Part shown: in pieces, positions 32,031 to 34,668 of the stretch | Position numbering within the stretch: the stretch's first letter is position 1 | How the letters are laid out: the number at the start of each line of letters is the position of its first letter | Assembly (NCBI RefSeq): GCF_001194135.2 | Contig: NC_068983.1 | Coordinates: 130,548,989-130,583,656 of the forward strand | DNA length: 34,668 nt | From: Octopus bimaculoides | Taxonomy: Eukaryota | Reading direction: 5' to 3' | The notes under the pieces: model-generated | What the model was told of the DNA's origin: nothing | Databases searched by the model: none | What the model saw: only the letters and a program-made list of their open reading frames with translations | Made by a program: the position numbers and the translations under genes

Positions 32031-34088
32031 TCGTTGTTTAGCATCCAATCTGCATCAGATTGAAATATATTATCTTTTTTCATCCCTCTTTTTTGAAGGC
32101 GTCTGCGGTCCATTATAACCAATGTATCGTTGTTGAAGATGTTACACCTGCGGGATACTTGATTGCTATTTCTGTGATGCCAATCGATCTCATAATAGAG
32201 GGCCTGTACAACGTCGAAATCATTAGTAGAAGTAATCTATCGGAAGTTACTCAGTACTCTCTTTCAACAAATATTTGCTCCTGTCAATAATTCTGAAATC
32301 AATATTACTGCCATGAAAAGATCTATTACCAGTAAAATTAAATAACATTTACATCAGTTCTTTCTGCAGCACTTGCAATATATTCAGTTATGTTCTAGTG
32401 TAAGCGGTTGAAAAATAGGTATACCATAGTGCAATGTGTTGTGAATTTACAAAATCAGTTTAAACAGATTTCATTATTTAATTAATGGCAATCGTAGCTG
32501 GTCATGTAACTGTAAATACTTTCAACAGTGCAACTATATATTATGTAACTTAAATTTCCAATTCACTGAACACTAATATCAGTATTAATACTGTAATAAG
32601 AGCAGTCACCGACAATAATAAATTCAGCATGACTGTGTGATGAAGAGATATTTTCTGCAACTAATTTTATAATCGATCTCACTGCAGAGAAACTATCTTT
32701 TGAAATTTCAAGACAGCAACTTTGTGAAATCTTATTGGAGGAATATTTCTGACATATCCACTAATGTTTATCAGTCCCGTTTTTGAAATCCACCTACTGG
32801 GACTTGATAACTTTTAGTGGTGTCCACACTTCGAGAAATTTCAAATACACCTCTGTCCTGAAAAACAATTTCCAACTTTTTGCAATCCGTGGAAGGAGAG
32901 CTCTGAAAATAAATGATATTCTTCCTTCTTTTGGCTACTAAAAGCAACTATGATAGATTTAGTTATATATCGTTTGAAATTCATTATCAATGAAGACAGT
33001 GTATTCCTAACAACATATACCCACATATTCTGTGTATATACCTACATATTCGTCTATCTGGNNNNNNNNNNNNNNNNNNNNNNNNNNNNNNNNNNNNNNN
33101 NNNNNNNNNNNNNNNNNNNNNNNNNNNNNNNNNNNNNNNNNNNNNNNNNNNNNNNNNNNNNNNNNNNNNNNNNNNNNNNNNNNNNNNNNNNNNNNNNNNN
33201 NNNNNNNNNNNNNNNNNNNNNNNNNNNNNNNNNNNNNNNNNNNNNNNNNNNNNNNNNNNNNNNNNNNNNNNNNNNNNNNNNNNNNNNNNNNNGTGTGTGT
33301 GTCCACATATATAGCTGCACCTACGTGTTTGTGTTCATGAGATATGTGTCTATGTATGTTTGTAGTATAATATAAGCAGTTGTTCATTGTGATTGGAAAT
33401 ATCGGACAAATTTATAACAAATCGATTTTTTCTTCCTTCAGTTACTTAATTGTATCAGTGTTTACTTTCCTTCTGATGTCATTTAATTACGCTAACTTCA
33501 TTTACCTGTTTCTAACCATAAAACTATGCTTGAAAATATTTCAATTTAATTTTTCTCCTGAATAGAAATCAATTTTCAACGAGAAAACCTACATCAGTGA
33601 ATCGCTCGAAGATTACACAAAAATCCTATTAGGATCTTTTTTTGTTAATTTCAGCGTTTGTTTTTAATACGAGACATAGTATGATAGAGACGTAGGATGA
33701 AAAGTAATTAAACATTATATATGTTGAAACTTATTAATGCATTTAGTTCATAGTTTACTATGAAAGAAATCGGCGTATCTATGGTTCTATATAGCATTCA
33801 CATTAACAAGAAAGGAATTCTTCCTTGCAAAACGACTTACGATGTTGCACTAAAGTTTTAAACCATATTAAACAAACAGTACAATGAACGTGATAATCAG
33901 TATGGATATCTATCTTTATGGATATCTATATTTATATATCTACATCCATATCGCTCTATCGATAATATATATTATTAACAGATATTATTATATACATGTT
34001 AATTATATAATCATAATTAACAAGTGTATTGTTATATACTTATGGCACAGATAATTATATGGCACAGATAATTATATACACAGGCACT

Positions 34089-34276
34089 AAAACACAAAAA
34101 ATCTCTCAAATATCATCATTTCTAAAAATAGATTTGGCATCATTTCTAAGAACAGCCAAACACCGACTGGGGTTTAAAAATCTTATCCCTACAACCCAAA
34201 CACAAAACACTCTCAAATATCATCATTTCTAAAAATAGATTTGACATCAATTCTAAAAATAGCCAAACACCTACTG
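34089..34276. repeat. ~80-bp direct repeat, 107-bp offset (34089-34169 and 34198-34276)
   Basis: CTCTCAAATATCATCATTTCTAAAAATAGATTTG is identical at 34103 and 34210. Confidence 0.95.
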
Positions 34277-34668
34277 TTGCTGGCCAAAGGAATTGGTATA
34301 AAAGGCAGAAAACCAGCCAGCCTATTACAGTCTGTTAAAGCCTGTCATACGGTCATGATGAAATACTACAAAGTATAGAAAATATGAAATACCACAAGGT
34401 ATAGAAAATATTCGCCTTTATATATTTATATATTTAATCCTTTATATTGAACACTCAATATTTCATCTATTCAATAAGACATATTCCATATATTCAATAA
34501 GACATTCAATACTGTATTTCATAGTACCATCCATTTTTATTTTATATTATATATTGTATATTATATTATATATTGTATATTCCATATTCTATATCCCACA
34601 TTGGTTTTGCAGAAATATAAATAAAACATAAAAAACAGACAGTGTTGGAACTCTTTTAAACAAAATAA

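Noticed and set aside
1-34668. CRISPR array, rRNA, prokaryotic operons or tandem retrozyme arrays
   Set aside because: No repeat-spacer array with unique spacers, no rRNA-like sequence, no long intact ORFs and no complete hammerhead found by eye on either strand

Overview
AT-rich eukaryotic (animal) genomic DNA from a short-read scaffold with seven N gaps (1318-1384, 11927-12062, 13417-14026, 18252-18290, 20203-20339, 28467-28664, 33062-33292). The repeat landscape resembles what I recall of octopus/coleoid cephalopod genomes; this is inference, not a database result. I cannot confidently call any host protein-coding gene, rRNA, true tRNA or CRISPR array, and most listed ORFs are microsatellite or gap artefacts. 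The window is mostly decayed mobile elements: a full-length mariner with TIRs and TA TSDs (22529-23826), two different Penelope-like (GIY-YIG) relics, two R4/Dong-clade (restriction-like endonuclease) LINE fragments next to (AAT)n tracts, an RTE LINE with an internally inverted, twin-priming-like structure, a probable L1/Tx1-like relic, a ~1.06-kb non-autonomous element with ~160-bp TIRs, and over 15 tRNA-derived SINE copies or fragments. The leads most worth following are the RTE 5' inversion, an (AAT)n-associated non-coding element that may be a non-autonomous partner of the R4/Dong LINEs, SINE 3'-tail swapping, the long-TIR element with six copies of one internal motif, and a candidate 9-nt microexon. 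An Illumina adapter remnant sits at 1385-1397.
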